From Octopus vulgaris (lineage: Eukaryota), in NCBI GenBank assembly GCA_951406725.2, contig OX597820.1, forward strand, positions 7,192,001-7,256,000: a DNA stretch of 64,000 nt. Reading direction: 5' to 3'. The notes under the pieces are model-generated. The model searched no databases. It was not told the DNA's origin and worked only from the letters and a program-made list of their open reading frames with translations. Positions within the stretch are counted from its first letter, which is position 1. Each line of letters opens with the position of its first letter. The translations under genes and the position numbers were made by a program. Of this stretch, positions 13,889 to 27,345 are shown one piece after another.

Positions 13889-16800
13889 ACATAGTACAAG
13901 TGAAACATTGTATATACTAATATATATGAATGTAAGCTCTTATGAATAAGTTGAAAGATTTCTCGTTTGTTATTTGTAGCTTAATTGAAAATCTGAAACA
14001 TCCATCAATAACCAATAAATGTAACACTTAAAAACACATGGATTCATTTCAAGACGAAAATCCCTCAAGAAATTCCCATACAAAACAGACCAGTTATCTA
14101 AAACGTGAGAATTCTTACTATGAGAAAGAATAAGAAATAAATGCAGCAGTCATTAAAGACAATCTCAGATATGTCTTTAAGTCTAATAAATTCTCCTGCT
14201 CAAAACAAACTTCTCAGACATTCTACAGACGATATCTTAATGATAATCAAAAATATAAAAGTTACAAAAAAAAAAAAACACAAATGGCTTCCAGGAAAAA
14301 TTGAAATCCAAAATACAAAAGGTGAAAAAACAGCAATAAGATATTCATTCAATCAGATTAAACGAAAAAGTCATATGAAATCGATAAAGTTATCTATCAC
14401 GGAGGTCGATCTAAGTCTATAACTAATTCCTTCAAAATAACTACAAATTTGCATATCTTGAATGACGTCAACACTCAAGAAAACATAGACGTTGATATAG
14501 AAATTGTTGATGGATCCGAATTAATTGTAAGCGGAACATCATATTTCACCTTTAATCATCATAAGCGCAGTTTTGCTTATAATTAAAATGCTAGATATAA
14601 ACTTGTTACCGGTTGAAATATGCTTGAGGCATATTGGAACCCACAAGAAAGCCATTAACTGTATTTTGTCAGGCAGAAAATTTCTCGCTGAAGACAAATA
14701 AGTGTAAATACTAGCGAGTCAGCTAACAGCACTACGTAACTAAACTGTGAGATGCATGCGTTTCGGAATAGTTATCTTCTCTTCAGGAACAGAAACCGGA
14801 ATGGTTCACGCTACGAACTGACACAAGTCCCTCTTATGATAGTCCCATCATAGTTTAGTGATTGGTTGCACTCTTCAGCGACTGGCCAATAACAAAATAC
14901 AAGGCGACAGCGCTAACCAGTAATGTGTATAAATACAAAATACAGTGAATAGCTTCTTCGCGGGTTCGAATATGCCTCAAGCTTATTTGACTGAAAACAA
15001 GTTTGTATTAATACACATAAATGCTTAGCGCTGTTCTCCCGAAATACTGAAATGATCGACTCAACCAATATGGACATTAATGTGTTAGGAAAATATTCGG
15101 ACAAAAAGTATACTGACACTGTTCTTATTTTAGTGTGGGGTAACACCTAAACTGTTACATGTTTCATCGTTATACCATTTATAATTAATTAAAATTCTTA
15201 CAATTTGGTGTTAGTGACTATTCTTCATTAATTACAAAACAGTTAAGACTGAATATCCCTTGTTTCTATAAATTATCCACCACAGTTTAAAACAATTATT
15301 ATATAGATTTCTTCGCGTATATATCTTCACTGCATTATAACCAATACATGTGGATCAGGCGGTCAAAGAAACGGCGGATGTTTCTGGTATGGATCTTGGT
15401 GAATTTAAAATCTTAATGTTACCAAATTGAAGATGTAGTGTAAAGAGATGAAGCATATTAAAGATCTCATCCTCAAGAAACTCTAAAGATTCGAATACAA
15501 CTTCCAAATTATTGCCTATTGTGAATAATAAATAGAATATTTTTTATACACGACCTCAGACACTTATTTTATCTACTCCCTGGGAAAACTTAATAAAATA
15601 ATGGAATAATAATATTCTATTCTTCATGTTAGTTTTGGTTTCAGTCAGACGTTGTAGCCAAGCTGGGCATTGGAACTGATGTTGGGGAATGATAGGTCTT
15701 CCAAAATTCTAAGAATATGAACAATGCAGTAAATGCAAATTGCTTTATTGAGGTTGTCCTAACATTTCCCCACATAAACAAGACTTGATGTTTCAATGAG
15801 CAACAGATGCAAAGATAAAACTTTCGTCGAGGCAAACAACAAGCAGCCTGAAATATTCCGTACTTTTCAGTTTATCTGTGGTGCAACGGCTACAGAAACA
15901 TTCATTAATGTCTGAACTAAGGATTTGTTGCCACAATATACTATAGGACTGTCATGGAAGCGCACATTAAAACAGAATACATCAATGCGCAGGATATCAA
16001 ATACGCTTTAGCAAATTCTAACCATGATAGAGTAAACTCAGGTAAGACTAACTTTAATTCCATAAATACCGCTTGTATTATTGAAAATTAGACTGTAAAT
16101 GTAATTATAAACTTTTGTACAGCATGGTCGTAGCTCTCGAGGTGAAACTTGTTAAAAAGAACAAATACAGAAACTATATATTGATGTCGTGCATTGGCCT
16201 GGCAGTAAGTCCATTTCATATTGCATATAAGCATCATCCTACAGCTTCCGTATAGAAAATAGATGAAACGACACGTCACGTTCTAACATCATCTGGAATC
16301 TAAATAGCAGCTACAATAAAAAAAACGCTAAGGTTTCTCATCCATCAAGTCTTATTGTAGCAATAAAATCATGCAATGACCCACGACGGAGAGTCTGAAA
16401 ATCATCTTGGCTAAAATAACTCCCTTAATCTGATCTGAACTCAAATCCCATTTCATCTTGTCCTCATAGAACTTATAAAACATTTCGACATTTAAAATCT
16501 TTAATCTAACCTAACATGTAGAAATATAATACAACACAAATTACTTAACACCTACAAGTGCCAACTAATTATAACATTTCCTATAAATATCTTACTCTAT
16601 AATTCAACAATTTATATTTGATATCCAACGTAACACCTTGTTGTACTGATAAAACTCTCCTTCACTTATCTCTTATTTTACTACGGTATTAAACTGCCAA
16701 CTAATCAAATACTTTATTCTTCTTTATATTTTATCATAATTTTAAAGTAGATAACGTATGATTATATCACCTTTTTGTAATGATAGAATTATTCTTGCAC

Positions 16801-17521
16801 TTCTGACGTGTATGTCTTATAAATCAAAACTCTACTCGTGCTGTATATTTATATTGTATAATATACAAGAAAATATTATTGTATAAAACAGCTGAAGAAA
16901 GCCATCACGAAAGCTGAAACTAGCTCAAGATGGCTATCGTTGATAAGAGACTGCAAGTGGCAGCCTTCTACAGGTGAAAACCAGCTGAGTCCTCGCTGCC
17001 CCACTCAGTTGAAGCTTACAGGCTAAGGGACGAAATGCTTGTGACCCTCAGATATCTGCTGACGATACGAAAGGGTCTCTAGCATTGGAATGGACTTACA
17101 AGAGCTTGCAAAACCTCGGCGCTGCTCCTACAGTTTCTGTATGGGGCAAAGCATCTCTGACGTTTATTTCACTTGGAAGAATGTTTTATTGAATAAAACC
17201 CATTTCCCCGACAAATTTAGTCATAGCAATGTACAAACTCCTTTACATTGTACAGTTAATGATATGCCTCATCAGTATTTTATCTAACAATATTACAGCA
17301 CTGTATCACGTTGTTACTTGATACAATAAAACATAAATAACAACTCACTCGAACCATCAACTTTTTGGAATATTTTTCATCCCAAATCCATTCAGAGGCA
17401 CAAGAAAAATTCAACCACTTCAAAGAGTTGAGAAAAGCTGAATAAAATTAAACGATATAAACTAAGTCACGTTACAGGCGCACATGCATAAACACTTACA
17501 AATAAACACATGCTCACTTAA

Positions 17522-17741
17522 ACACATTAAGAGATTTCCATCATAGGACTCCCTTACGCTAGAAGGAACAGCTAAAGTCCAAACCACTAATTAGTGATGA
17601 ATTCTCGAAGGGAAGGAAAAGTAAAAACATTTACCATCTATCTCCTGGACCATTGTTTCTGACTTATTTTAGCAAATAAAATAAAATAATTTGCTCCCTT
17701 CTAGCGTAAGGGAGTCCTATGGTGGAAGCCTCTTAATGTGT
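17522..17741. repeat. Inverted repeat with arms of about 45 bp and a spacer of about 130 bp
   Basis: acacattaagagatttccatcataggactcccttacgctagaagg at 17522-17566 pairs with 17697-17741. Confidence 0.9.
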
Positions 17742-17769
17742 GTAAATGTACACTGTATTTTATATATAT

Positions 17770-18130
17770 ATACTACGGCACTCCGTCGGTTACGACGACG
17801 AGGGTTCTAGTTGATCCAATCAACGGAACAGCCTGCTCGTGAAATTAACGTGCAAGTGGATGAGTACTCCACAGACACGCATATCCTTAACGTAGTTCTC
17901 AGGGAGATTCGGTGTAACACAGAGTGTGACAATGCTGGCCCTTTTGTAATATAGGTGCAACAGAAACAGGAAAAAAAGAGTGAGACAAAGTTGTGAAAAA
18001 GTACAGCAGGGGTCGACACCCCCACAGCCGGAGCATCGTGGCTCTTTAGTGTTTTCGCTCAATAAACACACACGACGCCCGGTCTGGGAATCGAAACCGC
18101 GAGTCCACTGCCCTAATCACTGGGCTATTA
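17770..18130 (-). mobile_element. SINE family C copy with a different 3' tail and a partly deleted head
   Basis: gtgttttcgctcaataaacacacacgacgcccggtctgggaatcgaaacc is near the reverse complement of 11870-11919. Confidence 0.85.
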
Positions 18131-18169
18131 CTGCAACACACATACATTTATATATATATATATATATTG

Positions 18170-18252
<83 letters not shown>

Positions 18253-19015
18253 GTACAATGGTGTTTGCGGGCAGAGAAGGAAGAAAGAACTATATAACTA
18301 TATATGTTGCACATACGAACACTGTTTGGAGTTTCGTGAGCAGCTGTGCTACTTCCTGAACCAACCTGGAAAACTCTGCTTATAACCCGCTCTCATCGGG
18401 GCCTAAAGTGAACTGGATCGACCAATTTGCATATTTAATATTTTATTGTCAGCGAGTTGGAATATTAAATTACTGACTAACCATGTCTTCAGCAATGCTT
18501 CCCTTTCTCACCAAATGACACTCACGAAGTTCATTCTTCTGTACAGTGAAACACTATAAACATTGAACAATTTATTATTTTCGCCATAGAGAAATAATCA
18601 AATAAGTAGTAATGAACTAAAATCAATAGTTTTTATCGATCTCACAATAGACATGTAAACATAAGGTCACTCACTCGTTTCACCCTTAGCTTCTGTAATT
18701 CTATTTCCCTCCCACCACCTCTTACATAAATTTGATCTTTTATCCCCTCTACACTAACATGACCCCATGAAAATTTAATTTTATATTTGGAAACAACAAC
18801 AATAACACAGTTATGTTACATATTCAAATGTGAGATTAGATTACTAACATTTAGCACGACTATGTTTACCCTTACAAATATATTCCCTTTAATACGTTAT
18901 AGTATTTTATAAGTGAAATTAATGTACTAATAACTTGAATGATAAAAATCAGTATCAGTACATTAGTAAACACTACCTACTTCATTATATATTGTATAGC
19001 ACACCACACGTTATT

Positions 19016-19150
<135 letters not shown>

Positions 19151-19203
19151 TCAATAACATTATCTATACGTTTTGTGACTTGGAAAGATCATTACGCCAG
19201 TAA

Positions 19204-19446
19204 TAATTAACACACGCACTGGTTCAATATCTTTATTGTTAATCTTCTTTATTGTTAAACAGTCGGTTAAATATCTAACCAGCTAACCAGTTGATCGTCT
19301 GTGTATGTTTTTAAGCATTAAACAAAAAAAACGGTGGATTTGTAAGCAGCTTATTACACAAATGATCAATTAGTTAGTTGCTCAGATGTTTAACCAATTG
19401 AACAACAATAAAGAAGTGATATTAAACCAGTGCGTGTGTTTATTAG
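19204..19446. mobile_element. MITE-like long imperfect inverted repeat
   Basis: aacacacgcactggttcaatatc pairs with gatattaaaccagtgcgtgtgtt, and complementarity continues inward for about 90 bp. Confidence 0.75.
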
Positions 19447-19750
19447 CATTAGTATCTAGACATGTTTCTGGAGCAGCCAATGCACACTGCAAAATTTGCA
19501 TCATTATGTGTGCTTATTGTTACATGCCGTTTTTCCGGGTGGTGACGGCTGCATTGTTCAGATAGAATCCAATTTAAATACAAGTCCAACTGTGATACAC
19601 GTGGTGTTGTCATTGTTCCGAAAAAGGCCTAGATACGAACCTTTTCAACTTCACTAGTGAGAAACAAATTGACCAGCTGTCCAAGGAATTTTAGTGGCCT
19701 GCAGACAAAGAGCCTTCTTAAATGGTGAGTGCTAGTACTAATGCTTAGTA

Positions 19751-20071
19751 TCAAAATCTCTCGTGGAAGCGTCATCCAACCAAAGTACAAATATATGGGA
19801 AATTACCACCTGTATCATCTCTCGTGAAATGTAGAAGAGTCCAGTTTGCTGGACATTGTTGTAGAGCTGAAAATAAGGTAATTTCTACTCTTCTCCTCTG
19901 GAAGCCATCTGCTCCCGATACCAGAAGGCGCACACTCTTTTACCCTGATGTAATCTCCAGGGATACAAGCATCCAGCAACAGGACCTCCGTAATGCTATG
20001 ATAGACCGTGAAGTCTGGCGTAACATAGTAAATTCCATTGTCTCGACCACGGTCGAGACAATGATGATGAT
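19751..20071 (+). mobile_element. RTE-group LINE 3' end with (GAT)n tail
   Basis: QNLSWKRHPTKVQIYG..RRVQFAGHCCRAE...DREVWR; close copy at 31495-31829 on the minus strand. Confidence 0.88.
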
Positions 20072-20626
20072 CAGGTTAACTTAAGTAGGGATTTTACTGT
20101 TATTATTATCCCTCTCCCTAAAATTCCTACCTCTACAACTCTTATTATTAATATTGTAAGTAATAAGCTATAAGTCTATTATTTAATTTGGTAATTTTAT
20201 AATTAAATTTTTCTAAACTTAAGGATATTATTAATTATATTCCTAAATTGTTCTGTAATCTTTAGAATAGGAGTAATTTATGTAGGAGTTTTTATATTAA
20301 ATTACCCTCTCGAATTACTATTGTTTACTGAATTTTAGTCCTAATATCATATATATTCTACAATTATTCAAATATATGAAACATATATGTTTAGTATGAA
20401 GAATACAACGTCTCGTGTCTATGGTTTGAATTTTGAATTTTGGTGTAAAACTTTGGAAAATTTCTTCCACACAATTCAACCGTTTGCTTCCTCTACTATG
20501 TGGATTGACTCTACTAAGTACTTCCCGGGTAATTTTAATTTTTTTATTATCAGTTTTTAAGGACCAAATTAGTTTACTCAAACTAGTGCAAATTAAAGGG
20601 GAATATATATATATATATATACCCAT

Positions 20627-20657
<31 letters not shown>

Positions 20658-20702
20658 AATGTGTATATATGTATATATATAAATATATATATATATATGT
20701 AT

Positions 20703-21662
20703 AAAATCCTTAAATCCTTAAAAATGTTTTAGCCCGAAGGCCGCGGCCATGCTGGGGCACCACCGCTGAATGAGCTACACTAGTTTGTGAATCCACCTCT
20801 GATACGTGGCACTTGATCAACAAGGGAGTTCGATGCTGCTGCCCGCATCCGTGTCTCCTGTCGTGAGGTAGGTTCATCTGGGACTCCCAACAAGAAGAGA
20901 TCCAGTTTAGTTTTAAAGAAACCCACATCCACACCATGTAAGTCTCTCAGGCATTTAGGGAGGATGTTAAAGAGCTGTGGTCCTCTGAAACCCAAGCTGT
21001 TGCAGTATCTGGACCTGTATTTTGATGGTGATGTTGGAATCCTTGGCACCACGCAGCGGCGCCCCGTTCTGCGGTTGGAGTAACTTTGAATGCCAAAGTT
21101 TGGGACAAGACCCTCCAGGATTTTCCAGATGTATATCACTGCATATCTCTTCCCGCCTCCGCTCCAGGGAGAAGAGGTTTAATACCTTCAGTCTTTCCCA
21201 GTAGCTGACATTTTGCATTGAGACGATTTTCTTTGTGTAGCTTCTCTGAGTTGCTTCGAGTTCTGCTGTTTGTTTTATATTGTGTGGTGACCAAAGTTGG
21301 GAGCAGTAGTCCAAGCGGCTGAGGACAAATGTTTTCCATAGGACCATCAGTGTCTCCTTCTCTCTTGTTCTGAAAGTTCGGAGAATCCATCCAGCTAGCC
21401 GTCTGCATTTTATCACCAGATTAGCAATATGCATTTGGAAAGATGCATCATTGCTCATGTCAATGCCCAGGTCACGCACTGATTTTGACTCAGGGATTGC
21501 AATTCTTCCTGGGCCAGTGTATCCAGTCTTCACGTCATTTACCTTTGTGTGCCAGTAGCGCAGGGCCTGGAACTTACCTGCATTAAACTGCATGTTGTTG
21601 TCCTCAGCCCACCTGTATATTGTGTCCAGCTCATGTTGCAGATGCGCAATATTTTCAGGGTT
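20703..21662 (-). mobile_element. 5'-truncated CR1/L2-group LINE (RT C-terminus and 3' UTR)
   Basis: [59 protein letters not shown], a frameshift, then [15 protein letters not shown]. Confidence 0.93.
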
Positions 21663-21664
21663 TT

Positions 21665-21720
21665 GTATTGTATTGTATTGTATTGTATTGTATATATAAA
21701 TATATATATATGTGAATGCG

Positions 21721-21752
<32 letters not shown>

Positions 21753-21802
21753 TATATAATGCGTATATATACATATATATATATATATATAATATAAATG
21801 CG

Positions 21803-21844
<42 letters not shown>

Positions 21845-21917
21845 AATATATATATATAAATGCGTATATATATATATATATATAAATGCGTATATATATA
21901 TATATATTATATATATG

Positions 21918-21959
<42 letters not shown>

Positions 21960-22057
21960 AATATATATATATATATATAATAAGTATATATATATATATA
22001 TATATATAAATATATATATATAAATGCGTATATATATATATATGTATATATAAATAT

Positions 22058-22090
<33 letters not shown>

Positions 22091-22320
22091 AATATGTATA
22101 TATAAACATATATAAATGTGCATGTATATATATGTATATATATATATATAAATGTGTATATATATATGTATATATATATAAATATATATATATATACATA
22201 TATACATACATATAAATATATACCCACACACACACATATATATATAAATGTGTATATATATATATATTCACACACACATGTATATATAAATGTGTATATA
22301 CATATGCATGTATTTGTATA
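21665..22320. repeat. (TATTG)n followed by (TA)n compound microsatellite
   Basis: Directly visible; accounts for the false N-terminal half of the 489 aa ORF. Confidence 0.96.
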
Positions 22321-22389
22321 CACCAGAGTAAGCACATTAATGAGAAACAAGGTGGGAAAAAATAGTACTCGAATACCGGAAGTAGAGTA

Positions 22390-22489
22390 ATATGCTTTAT
22401 TATTAAAACTGCAAAAACATCACAAAAATATCTCAAAGTTTTCAGTGATATCTTTGTGATGTTTTTGCAGCTTTAATAATAAAGTATAT
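22390..22489. repeat. Hairpin with 43 bp arms and a 14 nt loop
   Basis: atatgctttattattaaaactgcaaaaacatcacaaaaatatc pairs with gatatctttgtgatgtttttgcagctttaataataaagtatat, with 3 differences. Confidence 0.92.
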
Positions 22490-22935
22490 ATAGATAGATA
22501 GACAGACAGACAGACACCCACACTTATAATTTCAGCTCCACGACGCCATTACTCAGCCTCTGAACCGTCCACACTTAGATTTGTGCAATTAGTTTTGTTA
22601 AACTTGAAATAAAGTGAAGGTCAATTTTAAATATAACAAATCTATTTTTTTATATTTTTATATTTTCTTTCGAAAATCAAATTTAAACTGTTTGCACTGA
22701 TTTCACCAATATTTGCATCGATTTCCTTCCTGCATTTTTTAGGAATTTCATTACCTTTAATCGCAGAAACAAATTCATCAATACAAAAGCAACGATAATA
22801 ATAATACACTCAGTTACACATTTTAAAGTTTTTTGTAGAAGAGTTTTAACATGGAAAGTATATTTTTAATTCCCTTCCTGGGACTGCATTCCGAAGTTTC
22901 TTTCTTTTATTCATAGAAATGCACTTATTCACACA

Positions 22936-23019
<84 letters not shown>

Positions 23020-23363
23020 GAAAAAATGTGGCACTTCAAGGCGTACTACAATACCAGCGATTGTAGGATCTCTGCGAATGATAAAAAAAAAGGTACTGAA
23101 ACCTATTTGAAAATGATTCCAGGCTTACCATCCCTACAGGAAGTGCAAAAAATCGTATTAACTGGAACGGCTCATGTACTGAGAAGAACATTATTGCTGT
23201 GAAAACAACATCCATTCATGACTTTATTTATTTACTTTTAAATACATATTTTACCTGTGAATTTGCGTGTGTAATCTGGAAATGCATACAATGAGCTTCT
23301 CTGCCCTAGGTGTACGGAAAACACACGGCGAGAGACGGAAGAAAATTTGAAGAAAGAAGGAAA

Positions 23364-23365
<2 letters not shown>
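23020..23365 (+). mobile_element. R4/Dong-like LINE 3' end between two (TAA)n tracts
   Basis: KMWHF..TIPAIVGSL..LQEVQKIVLTGTAHVLRRT followed by a UTR; TAA runs at 22937-23019 and 23365-23435. Confidence 0.88.
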
Positions 23366-23437
<72 letters not shown>

Positions 23438-23459
23438 TGATGATGATGATGATGATGAT

Positions 23460-24401
<942 letters not shown>

Positions 24402-24402
<1 letters not shown>

Positions 24403-24590
24403 TTTTAAATTTGGGCACAATGTTAGTAATTTCGTGGGAGAGGTAAGTCGATGAATCGATCCCAGTGCTCAACTGCTACTTATTTTATCGACTCTGGCGG
24501 AAAATTAAACTCAGAATGTTAAAAGGGCCGAAACGCTGCTAGGCTTTTTTGTCTGGCGTACCAACGATTATGCCCGTACGTCACCTGAAG
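24402..24590 (-). mobile_element. Decayed SINE family A
   Basis: aagtcgatgaatcgatcccagtgctcaactgctacttattttatcgac...ctcagaatg. Confidence 0.7.
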
Positions 24591-26479
24591 AATAACAACA
24601 ACAACGTTCAGGTTCTCATATTGTACCTTTTTTCTACTTTGTATTTCTAATCTAAATGTACATAGTCGTTATCAACAGTTATACAGCTTTCATTAACATA
24701 CAATGATTTTGAGTTTTAGGAAAACAACGTTACCATTTCGCACAAAACTGACATTAAAAATCTCATAATATTTCTTTACAAGTCTTATATAACGTTTTAT
24801 ATTATTTTCATTAATATATTTCAATGTTTTCTCTTGTCTTAATAATCCCAACACCCAATCACTTCTCATTTGTTGAAATCACACTTGTCATACGCTGGGA
24901 ACATCTCGTGCCTCTACACTCGTGTAACCCTGCAAGCTTTGCTAAAACATAAAGCTGCTCTCTCTTTACAGTTGCTTTGATTTGCAAATATATTTAATGG
25001 CGATTTCATTTGAAACAGTCGAGAAGAGTTGAAATGAACGTTTTCAGTTGGAAATGAATGCACTAAATATTTGTATGCACTGTTTAGTGGGTCGTAAAAT
25101 GGAAAATAATCACAGGGTATTTCACCTGGCATGAAAGTCGAGCTTTCTTAGTTTTTGTTTGAAGTGTACCAACAGTAATAACATAGCGAAGTATTTCAAG
25201 ATGAGAGAGGAAACCGAAAGGGACATTATGTCTGCTCCTTTAACAGACAACCAACAAACCAACCGATCAACCAACCAACCACAGTACCTCAGAGATTATC
25301 AGTTTGATTGAATGTAAGCAGATCTTTCGTGTTTAAAATCAGAAAACAGCTGCACACCTCTAGCAGAGTCGTGTCATGTATCAAGAAAAAGATGTATTTC
25401 CAGCTGTCAGTTGTCACCAGGACAGTCGAGGTGGTCAAAACAATTGGTAATGTCCAGTTTGTCCAGGATATCCTCATTTCCCATAAAGCTGACGAAAGCC
25501 ATCACAGGATAACCTAAAATGAAGACTCTACGAGTAATTCACGAAAACATCAAACGCCTCGTGAAATAAGTCATGTACTGATCTTTCTCTAATGATAATT
25601 ACCAGGACCAGAATCGAACAGAAGAAATGACAGTTTCATCTAAGTGAACCCTACAACTGTACCCATCGATCACTTTGTCCATTGTGACCATAGGTTTGGG
25701 AGAAAAGAGGGATGTGGATTGATGATTTCACTTCTTCCTTGAAGACTTCAGGGTTAGTGTCGCCCCCTACAGTCTCTTGATGTATATACAATCAAAATTG
25801 TAGAGAAAAGCAATTTCGAGAGAGCTGTACATGCTCCACAATGACTTCTCTTTCCTCCTTGATCTCGTGGTCGAGGTGTTGGGTGGGGGTCTATGATTTT
25901 TTAAATCATTGTTTCCTCGGTTCGGTATCTGAATTCGAACGTCAATTAAGACTAGAATATTGGCAAGAAGCAGACAGTTGACGGATCTACAATAATCCAC
26001 AACTGACATTGGGGCTATAACGGAGAGCATGGATGGAAAAGACGTTCCTCCTGACATGAAATACATCGATGGCCAAACTGAGGCCGTCGTTATGGCTGAG
26101 TGCAGTGTCATCGGATAAAGTCTGTAAAAAATCTACATGAGCTCGCTTAGGGGTTTTTTGGTGAAATATTTCTTCGATTTCTTAAACATTTTTTGTTCTC
26201 AACTACCTTGCACACTGGGTAAATATGCACACACGCGCACATACCCACACATACGCACAAACGCATATACACACATACATATATAGTCTCCATTCCTTCG
26301 AATGGACTTTACGTCAAATTCTGGAAATATTTACCGTTCAGATTGTCATGGTTTGGGTCTTACAAGCGAGCATCAGTAAGAGTCCAGAGCAAATATTATG
26401 AAATTAATCTCATAGTTAAGCAATGAATATAAATGGGCCTCAACTAGAATATTATTAGCTGATGTATTTAGGTTAAACA

Positions 26480-26760
26480 GCAAAACTTGCATCTAGAGAC
26501 GCACAAAGGTATCAGATTGGCACGCAAAAATCGATGATAGGTTTACTATTACGGGAACGTATCCGAAACGAAATAACTGGAAAACGGACTGGAATGAACG
26601 AGGTAATCACTGAACACCAAAATCACAAGTTCCATTGGGGTAAAGATGTCCTAAGGTTCACAGACAACAGGTTGACCGACGAAATTTTCGAATGGGATAC
26701 AAGAGATAGGAAGAGGTATTTGTGACCAGTTATTCAGATTATTATCTAGGAATCTGGTCA
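26480..26760 (+). mobile_element. Decayed RTE LINE 3' fragment
   Basis: MIGLLLRERIRNEITGKRTGMNEVI...KFHWGKDVLRFTDNRLT..IFEW, a typical RTE post-RT region. Confidence 0.75.
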
Positions 26761-26812
26761 GTAGAATGATAAAACAAGATGTGTATGAATGTTCGTATAC
26801 ATATACGCATAC

Positions 26813-26885
<73 letters not shown>

Positions 26886-27075
26886 AAGAGCAAAGGAGGG
26901 AGAGAGATGGACAAGTAAACCTATCCATATCTCTGTATATTTAAATATTGATAATTCTATCAAGCCATAAATACACATATCCAAATCATTGAAAATCAAT
27001 AAACACTCATTCAAGACTTGTAAGCACTCAAATTATTGGTAGAGAGTTATAAGCATACTGATATACATACATACA

Positions 27076-27111
<36 letters not shown>

Positions 27112-27265
27112 TATATGCGTTATGGTGTGTGTGTGTAATTGCATATACACTCATATTTATACATACATATTTATGCGAATACACACTAACACAAATATAT
27201 AATGTACAATCACCGATGCACGTATTTACCCTTATGTATTTACCTTTATTTACACGTATTTACCC

Positions 27266-27345
<80 letters not shown>

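Noticed and set aside
20967-22436. 489 aa ORF as a real gene
   Set aside because: It is a chance fusion of a (TA)n tract to a truncated LINE RT C-terminus that frameshifts near 21150.
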